Positions 27,140 through 38,110 of a stretch of 64,000 nucleotides of DNA are shown one piece after another. A program made the position numbers and the translations under genes. Below the pieces are notes generated by a model, which did no database searches, was not told where the DNA came from, and saw only the letters and a list, made by a program, of their open reading frames with translations. Position 1 is the stretch's first letter. The number at the start of each line of letters is the position of its first letter. The DNA is from Lama guanicoe (lineage: Eukaryota), in the NCBI GenBank assembly GCA_013239625.1, contig MU053482.1:2333168-2397167 (forward strand), in the 5' to 3' direction.

Positions 27140-30100
27140 AGAGGGAAGATTTCACTTTATTGTTACATTAGTCTCACAAATACACCCAACACAGCCAGAA
27201 ACACTGAGCAGATAAAGTGCCAATGCAGAGGCCTGGTAACAGAAGGAGGGACGAATCCAGTTCATCTCCTCCACGTGCCCAGCCTGGAAAGATATTTCTA
27301 TTACGCAAGAGTGAGGGCAACTGACATACTAGGCAATCCATCTATAGACACTTTGAGCTAAGGAATAGAAAATCTTACAAGGTGGTGTCTGTGCAGGGCA
27401 AGGAAATAGAAAAGTCAGAAAACATTTGTTCCTCAAATAAGTCAGGCATAGAAATATCAAACGAAAAGACAGTATTTTTCAAGCTGCTTGTATTTGAGAC
27501 AGATATCTAAAAAGGAAGGAGATGGGTACAGGTCTATAGGGTTACTTCTTGCTACTGTCTGTTTTCAGAACTGTGACCTGGGTAGACACTCTCTTCCCAC
27601 ACTCTCAATCAGAGGTGCCACAGAGAATTTTCTAGGATTCTGGGAAGAACTGACCTTACCTGCTTATCTAGCCAGCCCCAGAAAAGTAGACCCAGTGCTT
27701 CCTCATGAATATCGAGGAGATATGAGCTATCAGAGAAATCAACTTGGCAGCATTTAAACATTAATGAAGCTCGATGCTTCCCATAATTATCTTCAGACAT
27801 TTTAGGTACCTCTATCAAGCCTGAGGTTTAAAGCACAATTATTTGGTTATTGAATTCAAATGATTTGACTGCATTGAGTGAGACTCTGATATCCTAAGCT
27901 CAGATGGTCCCAAGTGTCTCTATTCCAAAATTGGAAAATCACTGACTGATTCTCAGAGGCCAGAAAGATCACTAATGGCCATCTGATCATACCTAACTCC
28001 ATATATATAATCCTGAACTCAAAGGCATCTTTCTAGCACCTGAGAATTCCTGGCCTCACTTGGTCCACAGGGAAGCCAAATAAGGATCCACTAGGCCAAA
28101 GAACTTCCAACAAGCCTCACTTGTGGCCAAGACTCAAGGCTCAGAGTGGAACTTTCAACTAGGGAAGGAAGAAGAAAAGTATTTCAACTCAGCCCTAGGA
28201 TAAGAAGCAGGCCAAAGTGGTACCATGATAGGTAAGGGAGGAGAGGGGCGAGACCTCAACAGAAAGGTGCAGGTGACCCCTATGTAAGAAAAGGGGGGTA
28301 GTTTGAGGGGGCATGGAAGGCTGGTAACGTGGGATCACCTCTGCTGAGCTCAGATGTGGCCTCCCCTGTGGTGGCTGTGCTTAGTTTTCCATCTTGTTTT
28401 CTCTAGAGAGGCTGGTAAGAAGGGGCCTGGGGGGTGACCCAGTGACAGCTGGCTGCACTATGGCTTCCTAGCTGTTCAAATAGGGGTCATCAAGTTCCCA
28501 GTCTTTAGGGAGCTTCTGTAAAGCTAAAAACATTCAGAATTCCAAAGAACTGTTTGGAAGGGACAGTAGCTGAACACTAGACAAGACTGATGATGAGACC
28601 TGGCAAAGTTTGAAGCAGGATCATTAAATACTCAAGGAACTCCAAAGGCCAACTTGGGAATCTCTTAAAGGGAAATGCACAGCTGGCGATTTTTCTGACT
28701 TCTCTGAGCACATCTCTGACTAAATTGAAGCGAAGATTCCATTACAGGTATCTATGTGCCCAAACTGACACTCCAACAGAAAGGCTTTAGGAAACCCCTG
28801 TGACCTCCAACTCTTTGAGAGGGGTCAGGAAATATTGGGGAGTCAGAAAAAGTTGTCCTTACCACTGCCAGCTCCTGCCCTGCTTCTTTTATTGTACCAG
28901 AACAGAGCTTTAGAGTTTCCCAACCCTCAATTCCCAACCAGAAAGTTTCATTCCTGACCTCCATCCCAGAAAGGATTCCCTAAGTAGACCTTCCCACCAA
29001 CTAATTCTACCCATCTCTTTTGGACCTGCTCTGGGTTTTTTTCATCTTCTTTCCCTACTTCTGTTCCCAGCTACTTGGGTCCGAGGCAGACAAATAACCA
29101 GCTAGGCAGAAATACTGACTGGATTTTGGGGGTATCAGTATCTGACAAGAATGCTTAGATTATTTACTGAAGCCTTCAATTTCATCTCAGAGACTGGTTA
29201 ATGTTCTTCTGTCTGTGGTTCCTCCTTCCTCCTTCCCTCCAAGAAGTTCAAGGTGAGAGACCATCTCATTTATCTTGATACCCATGGCTTTTAGGCACCA
29301 AGATAAATGCCTAAATATGACAGTTTGGGTCAGGGGACTTTTAGTGGGCTTAGCACCCAGATCCTCCTAGCATTCATCCCCGAAGCATATCCTTTCCCTA
29401 ACCTGTTTACGAACCCTCCTCTTCACCCTCCTCTCAAGGCTTGAAGACAAATGGAGCCGCATGGGAGAATGAACATGGCCTTGGCTTGTCAGGTCTAAGT
29501 TCTAGGTCCCTTCTGTCACTGACTTGGTATATGGGCTTAGACAGTTCACTTGCCTCTCTGGACCTTTAAATGAAAGGGTTGGACTAGATGATCTCTCTGG
29601 ACTCTTCCAGATCAATTCACACTTCAGAAATCAAAGAATAAATTAGAAGAAATTCTAATTCTGAGACATAAGTATCCTGCATCCCTTTGAAACAGCTGAA
29701 GGGAGGTAAAGTCAGGTTCCTGTTTATCATACATTTTAGCTATAGGAAAAGAAGCAAGTACACCTATGGAGAAATAGAACCTGGCAGCCCCTATACTTGA
29801 CTAATAAAAGTAAATTCCTGGAAGAAGCAGAGAAATAGGCCACAAGTGAGACCTGGCAGTGTCAAAAAGGTCTATAAATTAAGTGATCAAAGGAGTAAAA
29901 AACAATGGCTAAGACCAGACAAGATCTCTAAGCACAGGCTAAAGTCTAGAGAGGTCTGGGTGGGAGGGAGCCCCTGCAGCTTCTATTAGAGGGAAGGACT
30001 TGGTCCACAGCAAGTTGCTACGGCATTTGGTTCAAACCCAGTTTTCTCAATCTGTCAACCTGGTGTGTATGCATACGTGCAGACATGCTGCAGGCTGTAG
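27140..30100 (-). other. NRIP3: NRIP3 long 3'UTR (~3 kb) with candidate AATAAA at 27161-27156
   Basis: tttatt on + strand followed on the minus strand by GU-rich tgtgtgctcgtctg; end site inferred. Confidence 0.6.
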
Positions 30101-30116
30101 TTATGCTTCTGAAGTG
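30101..30116 (-). CDS. NRIP3: NRIP3 coding exon 7 (N-TSEA*)
   Basis: Long polypyrimidine tract, tttcag|CACTTCAGAAGCATAA. Confidence 0.95.
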
Positions 30117-30415
30117 CTGAAATGAAAAAGAAATAGAAGAAATGATACCAAAGTCAGAGAAATCAGGCTGAAGGCAAGCACAATTTTAGTTTAAAAGCTA
30201 TTCATTTTCCCCACCACTCTATGCAGTATCATCATTGCTCATTCTGAAATGTGGGCTAGAGAGTTTCATGGGATTGTGAACTCTGGGGATGGGGAAGGGT
30301 GTACCTGTGGTATTATTGAAGGTCAAAGGCAGTACACAACTCAATATCCTGTGCAAGAACCCCTCTGCTTAATGACAAATGGATTTGACTTGACCTGACC
30401 CATTCGGGTACTCAC

Positions 30416-30510
30416 TTGTCTTCATTCAAGGAAACTGTCTCCACAAAAGGGATTTCTTCCTTGTCTGTCTTCCCCATGATCAGCCGGTGCTTATCCAAGT
30501 TTATGATGCA
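30416..30510 (-). CDS. NRIP3: NRIP3 coding exon 6 (CIINLDKHRLIMGKTDKEEIPFVETVSLNED-)
   Basis: ttttcag|TGC ... CAA|gtgagt, 95 nt. Confidence 0.96.
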
Positions 30511-30624
30511 CTGAAAACAAAGGCGAATCACTGGTCACTGTTAATGATCTCACTATGGGGTCTCCATGTAAGAGGACCCCTACCTCAGAGAAGAAATACC
30601 AATGGGAAGGTAAAATAGTCCTAC

Positions 30625-30677
30625 CTTCAGGGATCGGAGAGTCTGGAGACCAAGGGACAAGTTTTTCTCATTGTCCT
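30625..30677 (-). CDS. NRIP3: NRIP3 coding exon 5 (E-DNEKNLSLGLQTLRSLK)
   Basis: ttattag|AGG ... AAG|gtagga, 53 nt. Confidence 0.96.
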
Positions 30678-31106
30678 CTAATAAAAAAGATAAGATTCAA
30701 CCATTTTCATGTTGGTTTAGAAGTCAGCCTTAGGTCCTATCCAACTTTCCTTCCTTCCATCCATCCATCAATCCATCCATCCACCCATCCATCAAACATC
30801 TGTTGAGCACTTATTATATTAAGTAATCTCCCCAGATGATTATAGTTAAAATGTGAGCGAGTCAAGATTCAACCCCAGGTGTTTTTAACTCTAAAGGACA
30901 AAGGCCTTTGGACAAAAATCAGGAACTTAGAGTAGACTTGAATAGAGTACATGACAGAAAGTACAGGTGGTGGGAAATTATCAAGAGATTTATGGCAAAG
31001 GAGTAAAAGGATCTTGCCCTCTACCTCCAACTAGCCCATGGAAAGGGGCCATTTTTACTGGCACACAGAAATGTTTGTTTTCTTATCCTTTGAATTTTTT
31101 TTTAAA

Positions 31107-31271
31107 CAGAGGAAAGCACGAACACAGTCCCCCACTGTGTTCAAATTATGCAGTCGAGTTTCCCACATTTGGGGAAATCGCAGGGGTCAGCACATCCGGA
31201 GTACAATGGATAAGCCTCGCCCTGGGAAAACCACCCTCGTGATCATGGTATTTCCCCTACCAGGTAAGTAT
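31107..31271 (-). pseudogene. RNU1: Full-length U1 snRNA retropseudogene in NRIP3 intron 4
   Basis: Minus strand ATACTTACCTGG...GCTTTCCTCTG, 165 nt; short A tail; 15-bp TSD atcc(t/c)ttgaattttt at 31085-31099 and 31272-31286; Sm site altered. Confidence 0.95.
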
Positions 31272-31526
31272 ATCCCTTGAATTTTTAAATCATGAGTTAC
31301 ACACTCCTTTTTCTGAGTGATTCTCAATACGTCTTGAATGTAGCTCAGAGCCAATCTGGTACTTTGGAAGGCAAAAACTGGGACAAGATTTATAGTACAA
31401 AAAAGTGGAAACCTGGGATTTTGAAGAAGTCAACATTTACAGGCATGAGATCACATGAGGCTTTGGTGGAAGGAGGGAGAGGGTTTACCTTAGGGGTCCA
31501 TAGGTCCAGTCCCCAGTTCTACTCAC

Positions 31527-31666
31527 CAACCACAGCTGCTGGACAGTCTAGGCGGAGGGAGCCCAGTGTGATCACTAGGTGCTCAATCTGGCCCACTACT
31601 TTGAGATGCCGGGGTAGAGAAAGCTTCTCTCCTTCATGCTTATGAGATTTGACATGCTCCTTGAGT
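31527..31666 (-). CDS. NRIP3: NRIP3 coding exon 4 (G-LKEHVKSHKHEGEKLSLPRHLKVVGQIEHLVITLGSLRLDCPAAVV-)
   Basis: gtacag|ACT ... TTG|gtgagt, 140 nt; overlaps ORF 31519..31818. Confidence 0.96.
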
Positions 31667-33503
31667 CTGTACCAGAGAAGAAACACCAGAATCCCCTTGG
31701 CAGAGGTTTCTGGTAGAATCTGGCAATGCCTACCTTCTGACCCACAGCTGGAATTTTCCAGGGATTTCCTGGGTTTATTTACATACATACACACACACAC
31801 AAACACACATACACACACACAAGCTAACCTACACTTCTTGTTTCAGCACTTTGGCCTAAATATGCCAGGGGATGTGAAAAACTAAAGATTCAGCTCCTGT
31901 TCTCAAAAAGCTATGTTAGTATCTGCATTGGTGAAAGATGAGAGTTGACACACCCAGAGAATCCTGTTCTGCATCCCAAGATCCCCACCTATGTGCAAGG
32001 CAATTTAGTTAACATATCCTTTTACCCATCTGTGGGTAACAGAGCTCAGAGAGGACAGGTTAATCCTAATTTTAGAAGATGCTTTGTTCAATGTCTAATT
32101 TTATCTTTGTCTATTTCAGTCTATTCTCACCAGTTAGTCAGGCTATAAGGTTAGTGGAGGCAAATATTTGTTTGTTAAGTGCACTGATATTGATATCAGC
32201 AAGGAATATTGTGGAGAGAGCCCTACATACTTTAACTTGTCTGTGTAGGAGAAAGAACAGCACCAAGGTTTCACACAGTTATGTAAGCTGATTGGAACAG
32301 CCAGCACCCAAGCTATTATGGGTTGGTAGATAAATACTTAATTATGGACTTTCTGTGCCAATACTTCTGCTTTACTCCATTTCCTCTCCTTTGGTGTTAT
32401 ACCCCATCCAAAAGAAAAATAATTGCAGTTTTACAGATGGTTATTAATTCCTCTGGAATCATGGCAGTCTGCTGCCTAATTATGCACCAGGACATTATTA
32501 GCCTTTCTGGAATCATCATGTTGCACTATCTCTCATCTCTCCACCACATAAAAAAGCTCAGAATTCTTCCCACAGGAGCACTTGTGTCCTGGTCAACCCC
32601 ACCATCCTAAATAGCAATGCTTGAAAGAGTCACAGTGGTAGTGAGGGCTGAGAAGGTAGAAATGAGACGGAACAGATCATGTGGCAGATGTCATGGGTTA
32701 TACAAATCAAGACTTATGTAAACCCTGCTTAAAAATATGGATTTCTTGTAGTGGCTTAAAATAGGCCATTATATCTACCCTAGTGTTGTTTCAATAAAGA
32801 GATTTGGGCTGGAAAATGATCTGTTATACTTAGGGCTAGCGAAGTGGAAAAGAATATTGGACTGATCCTCCCAATTCTGGGCTAGACCTCGGAGCCCATC
32901 AGGTACTTTGGAAGAAAAAGAAGGAAAAAGAAAGGAAATAAAATTACATATTGAGTGAAAAGGAGGAAAGATACAAAATGGCTTTCTCTGAAAAAGAGGG
33001 AGAACCCAATTCCAGCTATTAGAGAAGTGAAGATATTCTATATGTGAGGTGTCTGCCTCACACCCAGTCCCCAGCAGGGGCAGCAGTAAGATCTGATTTT
33101 ACATATTCTTTGCTGAAAGGAAAGGCACTAATCACCCCTGTGATGGTTCAGGCCCAGCAGCAACAGCAGATCTATTCCACATTCCGACTGAATCTTCTTA
33201 GGATAGGCATGTGGCCTCCTGATGGACCTCGAGGAATCTAAGGCCAACCACATTCCTGCTTTTACTTCTCTGGGGTATACATACCAACAAGGTAGCTCCT
33301 TCTACTCTGTTGCCTGGGCAGGGAACAAATCAGGATCAGGACATGGCACACAATGAACCAAGGATTTCACATGCTCTCGTTCCAGAGCCCAAAGGTCTTT
33401 TCTCAAAATTTATTGGCGGGAGTTAATAGAAAGCCTGCACCTCAAAACAGATTCAAACCAAGAGTGCATTAACATCTGACTTCCAGCACAAGTGGCTACT
33501 TAC

Positions 33504-33586
33504 CCCAGCCTGTCCACACAGGCTGAAGAGATGAGATTATATTGACAGCCGGTGTCAACCAAGGCTTTCACATCCTTTCCAGCACA
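33504..33586 (-). CDS. NRIP3: NRIP3 coding exon 3 with aspartyl-protease DTG motif (CAGKDVKALVDTGCQYNLISSACVDRL-)
   Basis: ccacag|TGT ... GG|gtaagt, 83 nt. Confidence 0.96.
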
Positions 33587-34074
33587 CTGTGGAGAGGAAA
33601 CATACTGTTTAACAGAAGTCAGAGACTTAAAAGGGAAGCAAGCTGCAGATGTCATATGAAAGGCAGGGTTGGAGAGCATCCTCACAATTATGGGATGGTA
33701 GCATCCCATCTTTACCCACTGCTGAGTCTCCTTTGAGGGGTTCTTTTTCCTGCTGAATCTAGAGCTGACAGAGGATCCCAAAGGGCCTTGGGCGTTTTAT
33801 TCTATATGTCAAGTAGCTCTTAACTCTGTGTGTGTATCACATGCCACTTTGCAAATCTGATGAAACATTTGGTCCTTTTCCCCATAAAGATGCACATGCA
33901 TAGAAAATATTGCATACGTGTTGCATGGAGTCCCCTCTTAAAATTCATTTATGAATTCCATGATAAGACCCATTTTCTACACAGTTTGGAGGTGAGGCCT
34001 TCATTATTGGGATCATAATGGGCCCAAATCCTACTCTCCAGAAAACCCTTGAAAAGCTGTTCTCAGAACATTAC

Positions 34075-34236
34075 CTGGCAAGAAACCAAAATCATGTCAT
34101 CATCCTCAGACTTCTTTAGCCCCTCAGACTTGGCCTGGTTGAGTTTGTTGGTCTTGGAGGCCCAAGGGACACGACTGCTTCGAAGCTTAGACAGGTTGGT
34201 TTCCATGAGGCGTCTCTGCAGAATGTTATGAGGTTG
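34075..34236 (-). CDS. NRIP3: NRIP3 coding exon 2 (QPHNILQRRLMETNLSKLRSSRVPWASKTNKLNQAKSEGLKKSEDDDMILVSCQ)
   Basis: cctcaag|CAA ... CAG|gtaatg, 162 nt, phase 0/0. Confidence 0.96.
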
Positions 34237-36112
34237 CTTGAGGAACAGAAAGCAGAGGCTTCTTAGTGACAGCCATTTCCCCCTTCTCTCATTGTCCCCC
34301 AGATGCCACAGAGGTGAAGGAGCCTCACATAACTGAGCTATACATTCGCCGCTTATTTATTCTTCCTTTAAGTAGAGACTTCATTGGTATTGTCAGAGCA
34401 GATACTATGAACCAGTTTGCAGCAGGCTGCCCTGAGTGAATGAAGGAGCAATGGGGAACAGAGGGCAGTGTGGGCAGGGCCAATAGAGTATGGCTAAAGA
34501 GAACTGAGGGACCCTTGTGATTTGGACTGCCTGGGCTTGCTGCCTTCCCTCCCTTTATGAAGGCATTTCAAGAGGCAAGTGGCCTTAGTCTTTGTGGAAT
34601 AAGTGTATCTTTCCAAGTGATTTACAGAAAGGGCAGCTCATTCTCACAAGCTGAAGAAACCTACCTAGCACTGGTTTTCAGAAGTTCTGCATGACCTCTA
34701 TTTCAAGTTTCACTCCCTCACAGTCTTACTGTGCATATGCCTTGGTGACCTGGCTCTCCTGTGGGCTGAGTCATCCACGGAGTGGACGAGGTAGGAAGAC
34801 AGGAATTCATACCTGCTGAACAACCCTTTTAGGAGACATACTTTAGAACCTGGCAGAACCCACAGGAATCATCCTTACTGTTATCCTCTGGACCTCAAGG
34901 AGCATATGCCTCCTCCTGCCACATGCTTGCCATCCATTTCCCGTCTCTTCAATGGGCCAAAAGTGGAGTACAAAAGGGGCAGAGATTGAGTGACCTGGAA
35001 TCTGGGGACTTAATTAGAGCTTATATCTGTGCCAGGATACCTAATGTTAGGAAGCAGGATGAGGAATGTGAATTCAAGTCTGCTCTCTGATAGAGCTTCA
35101 GGAGAGTTCCTAGGGCAGGTATATCCACGCTCTACTGTTTCTACCCAAAGTGGCCTCCAGAAAGTATAAGCTACCTCTTGAAAAGAGGTTATTTGACCTG
35201 AGAAACTTCTATGCACAAGCATCTTATTTCCAGTTTACAATAATATTTAAAATCCCTCAAAAGGACAGAGTCTAACTCCAAGTTTCTATGTGACACATAC
35301 CAGATGGCATTCCAATTCTAGGGGGAAGAGGGTCACTCCTAGGTGCCTAGAACCTTCCCTGGGAAGCGGGTAAAACTGGAGAAAATTCATTTTCCACCAT
35401 CTTACAGATTCCTGAGGAAGAATGGAGTCAGAGCCATGACTCACTATATCCCTGGTGAGGAGAAGAAATAGATTCCCGAAATATCCCGATTTTTGGCAAG
35501 GCAGTTCTAAATTAGCATCCTTGGGAAAAGGAGAGAGAGGCACTTAAAAGAAAATAAAAGGTTCTTAACTTGGTAAGGAATTAGAGGAAGTGCTAACTCT
35601 GTCAGATTTCCTGATTTGACACTGGAAGAATGCTTTGCTTTGCAAAAGAAACAGCAATCCTTCATTCTTCTCTCTCTCACTAATAAGCCTGGATTCATAC
35701 TACAGCAGGGTGTTTGTTTCTGTAAAATCTGTACTTAGGAGGGCAGACTTAGATAACTTTGATTTGCAGAGAATGGAAGGGACTTCAAAGGCCATCTAAA
35801 CAGAGCCCTCTTAACCTAAAGTTTGAGGCTTTCCTTCTTTATTGGTCTTGCTGAACACTATTTTCCTGGTTACTCTTAATCCTGAGAGGAGTCTACCATC
35901 ACCAGACAAATGAAGGAAATGAGGAAAATTCTGAAATCATTTTCCTTGAAGTCATCTCTCTTCTGAATTTTCCTACCAGGCCCTTTCTCCACAGACTGTA
36001 CATATTCTCAAAATTCTCATATTTTGGGGAGAAGACGCCTCCACAAAACCTCAGACCCTGCCTCCTGAACTCTTCATCCTCCTTTAATCAGCCCTTGTCT
36101 TAAATGATCTTT

Positions 36113-36162
36113 ATTTTTTTTTAACATTTTTTATTGATTTATAATCATTTTACAATGTTGTG
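36113..36162 (-). mobile_element. ~50-bp extreme 5'-truncated LINE-1 tail with TSD
   Basis: Reverse complement of the 12470-12520 tail; TSD ttaaatg(a/g)tcttt at 36100-36112 and 36163-36175. Confidence 0.8.
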
Positions 36163-36998
36163 TTAAATGGTCTTTAAAAAAGCCAAAATCACTACATATA
36201 TTTCTTGATATCTTATATCTTCTTCACTGAAATCACTTCTGGTCCCACAACACCAATAATGATCTCCTACTTTCCAAATCTGGTAGACATTTTCCAGTCT
36301 TCACTTTACCTGACCTCTCTAGGACATTTGACCCTGCTGACTATTCCTTTATTTATTCTTTTATTTAGTTACCAAAAAAGGTTAAATATAGTACATGCTC
36401 AATGTAAAATATTCTAATATCACTTAAGTATATAAAATTAAAAGGGAAAGCCTCCCCAACCTCTCAATCCTTCTCAGCTTCCCCTACAAATAACAACCAT
36501 TAAATTTAGGAGTATATCCCTCCAAAATTTACAAATATAAATAAAAATATGATCATATTATAACACCCTTCTAAATTTTTCTATTTTTGTTTAATATATG
36601 AAAGGTATTTTCCTATGTCAGCACATATAATTCTCTTTAGTCATTTCCATAACTAAAAGTATTCATGGCATAGTTCAGAAGTTGAAAATTCACAGCCAAT
36701 AAACTCACATGAACCTCAGAGATGCTTCTCCATGGTCATTTAATCATGCCCTCATGTTTTAAATGACACTGTAACTGCAAATGTACCTCTGCACCCAACC
36801 AAAATTTCACTAAAATGAAAGCCAAGGAATAAGAAAGGTCTAAACCTACAAGAACAAAGAAAACAGTAAAGTCAACAACAACAACAAAAGAGATGGTGAC
36901 AAAATTTCAGAATCTAAAAAGCAGACCAACAACTACTAACTGATGTAGACTAGAGAAAGCTAAGTGTTTCACATTATTCTACTTCATGGAACACTGGA

Positions 36999-38110
36999 GT
37001 GGCAGAGACTACCAGCTGCTAATTAAAATCCATGATCTCCTCGTCTTTCTGGGCAGACACCTAGATTATGTTTCCTGGCCTTCTTGTTTTTTTTTTTTTT
37101 CTTCATTTTTATTACAGTTAAATTTTTTTTTAATAATTGGAGTATAGTCAGTTTACAGTCTTGCATCAATCTCTGGTGTACAGCATAATATTTTAGTCAT
37201 ACATATACATACATACGTTCATTTTCATATTCTTTTTCATTGCAGGTTACCTACAAGATATTGAATATCTTTTGCTACACAGTAGAAACTTGTTTTTTAT
37301 TTTATATATAGTATTTAGTATCTGCAAATCTCAAACTCTCAATTTATCCTTTCCCAACCTTTCCCCCCAGTAACCATAAGTTTGTTTTCTGTGTCTATGA
37401 GCCTGTTTCCATTTTGTAAACAAGTTCATTTGTGTCTTTCTTTTTTAGAGTCCACATATAAATGATATCACATGGTATTTTTCTTTCTCTTTCTGGCTTA
37501 CTTTACTTAGAATGATGATCTCCAGGTCCATCCATGTTGCTGCAAATGGCATTATTTTATTCTTTTTTATGGCAGAGTAGTATTTCATTGTATAAATATA
37601 CCACAACTTCTTTATCCAGTCATCTGTCAGTGGACATCTAGGTCGGTTCCATGTCTTGGCTATTGTATATAGTGCTGCTATGAACATTGGGGTACATGTG
37701 TCTTTCTGAATTAGAGTTCACTCTGGATGTATGCCCAGGTGTGGGATTGCTCAGCCTTCCCTGTGGTTAGGTAAGGCCATATGACTGAGTTTGTTAAACA
37801 CAATGTGGGCAGAAGTAACACACACCACTTCTAGACCTGGCCTGTAAAGCTCTTCCTGTGTACCCTCCTCCACATTCTTTTCTTCTTCTGACTGTCTAGA
37901 ATGGAGATGACCCCTACAGTAATCTTCCTGGAGGTCACATGTTAAAGACAGAAAAGCCACTGTCAGCCTGTGCTCCTAAATGACTACATGGAAGAGGGCT
38001 GTCTTATTGACCTTTACACTAGAACCACTACTTAAGAAAAAATAAACTGTTATATTTGAACTATTTATACTTGGGGGTCTAGCTGTAAAAGCAGTTTTCC
38101 TACTCAAACT
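36999..38110. mobile_element. MLT1-type (ERVL-MaLR) solo LTR split by an L1
   Basis: gtggcagagact..., ccctgtggttaggtaaggccatatgactgagtt, tgtgggcagaagtaac, cacttctagacctggcc. Confidence 0.65.
37087..37751 (-). mobile_element. LINE-1 3' end (ORF2 C-terminus + 3'UTR), antisense
   Basis: ORF 37445..37687 MFIAALYTIAKTWNRPRCP..WIKKLWYIYTM.YYSAIK is the L1 ORF2 C-terminus; poly-T at 37087. Confidence 0.93.

Noticed and set aside
31107..31271. Functional U1 snRNA gene
   Set aside because: TSDs and A tail indicate retroposition; the TSD abuts the 5' end so no native PSE came with it; Sm site disrupted
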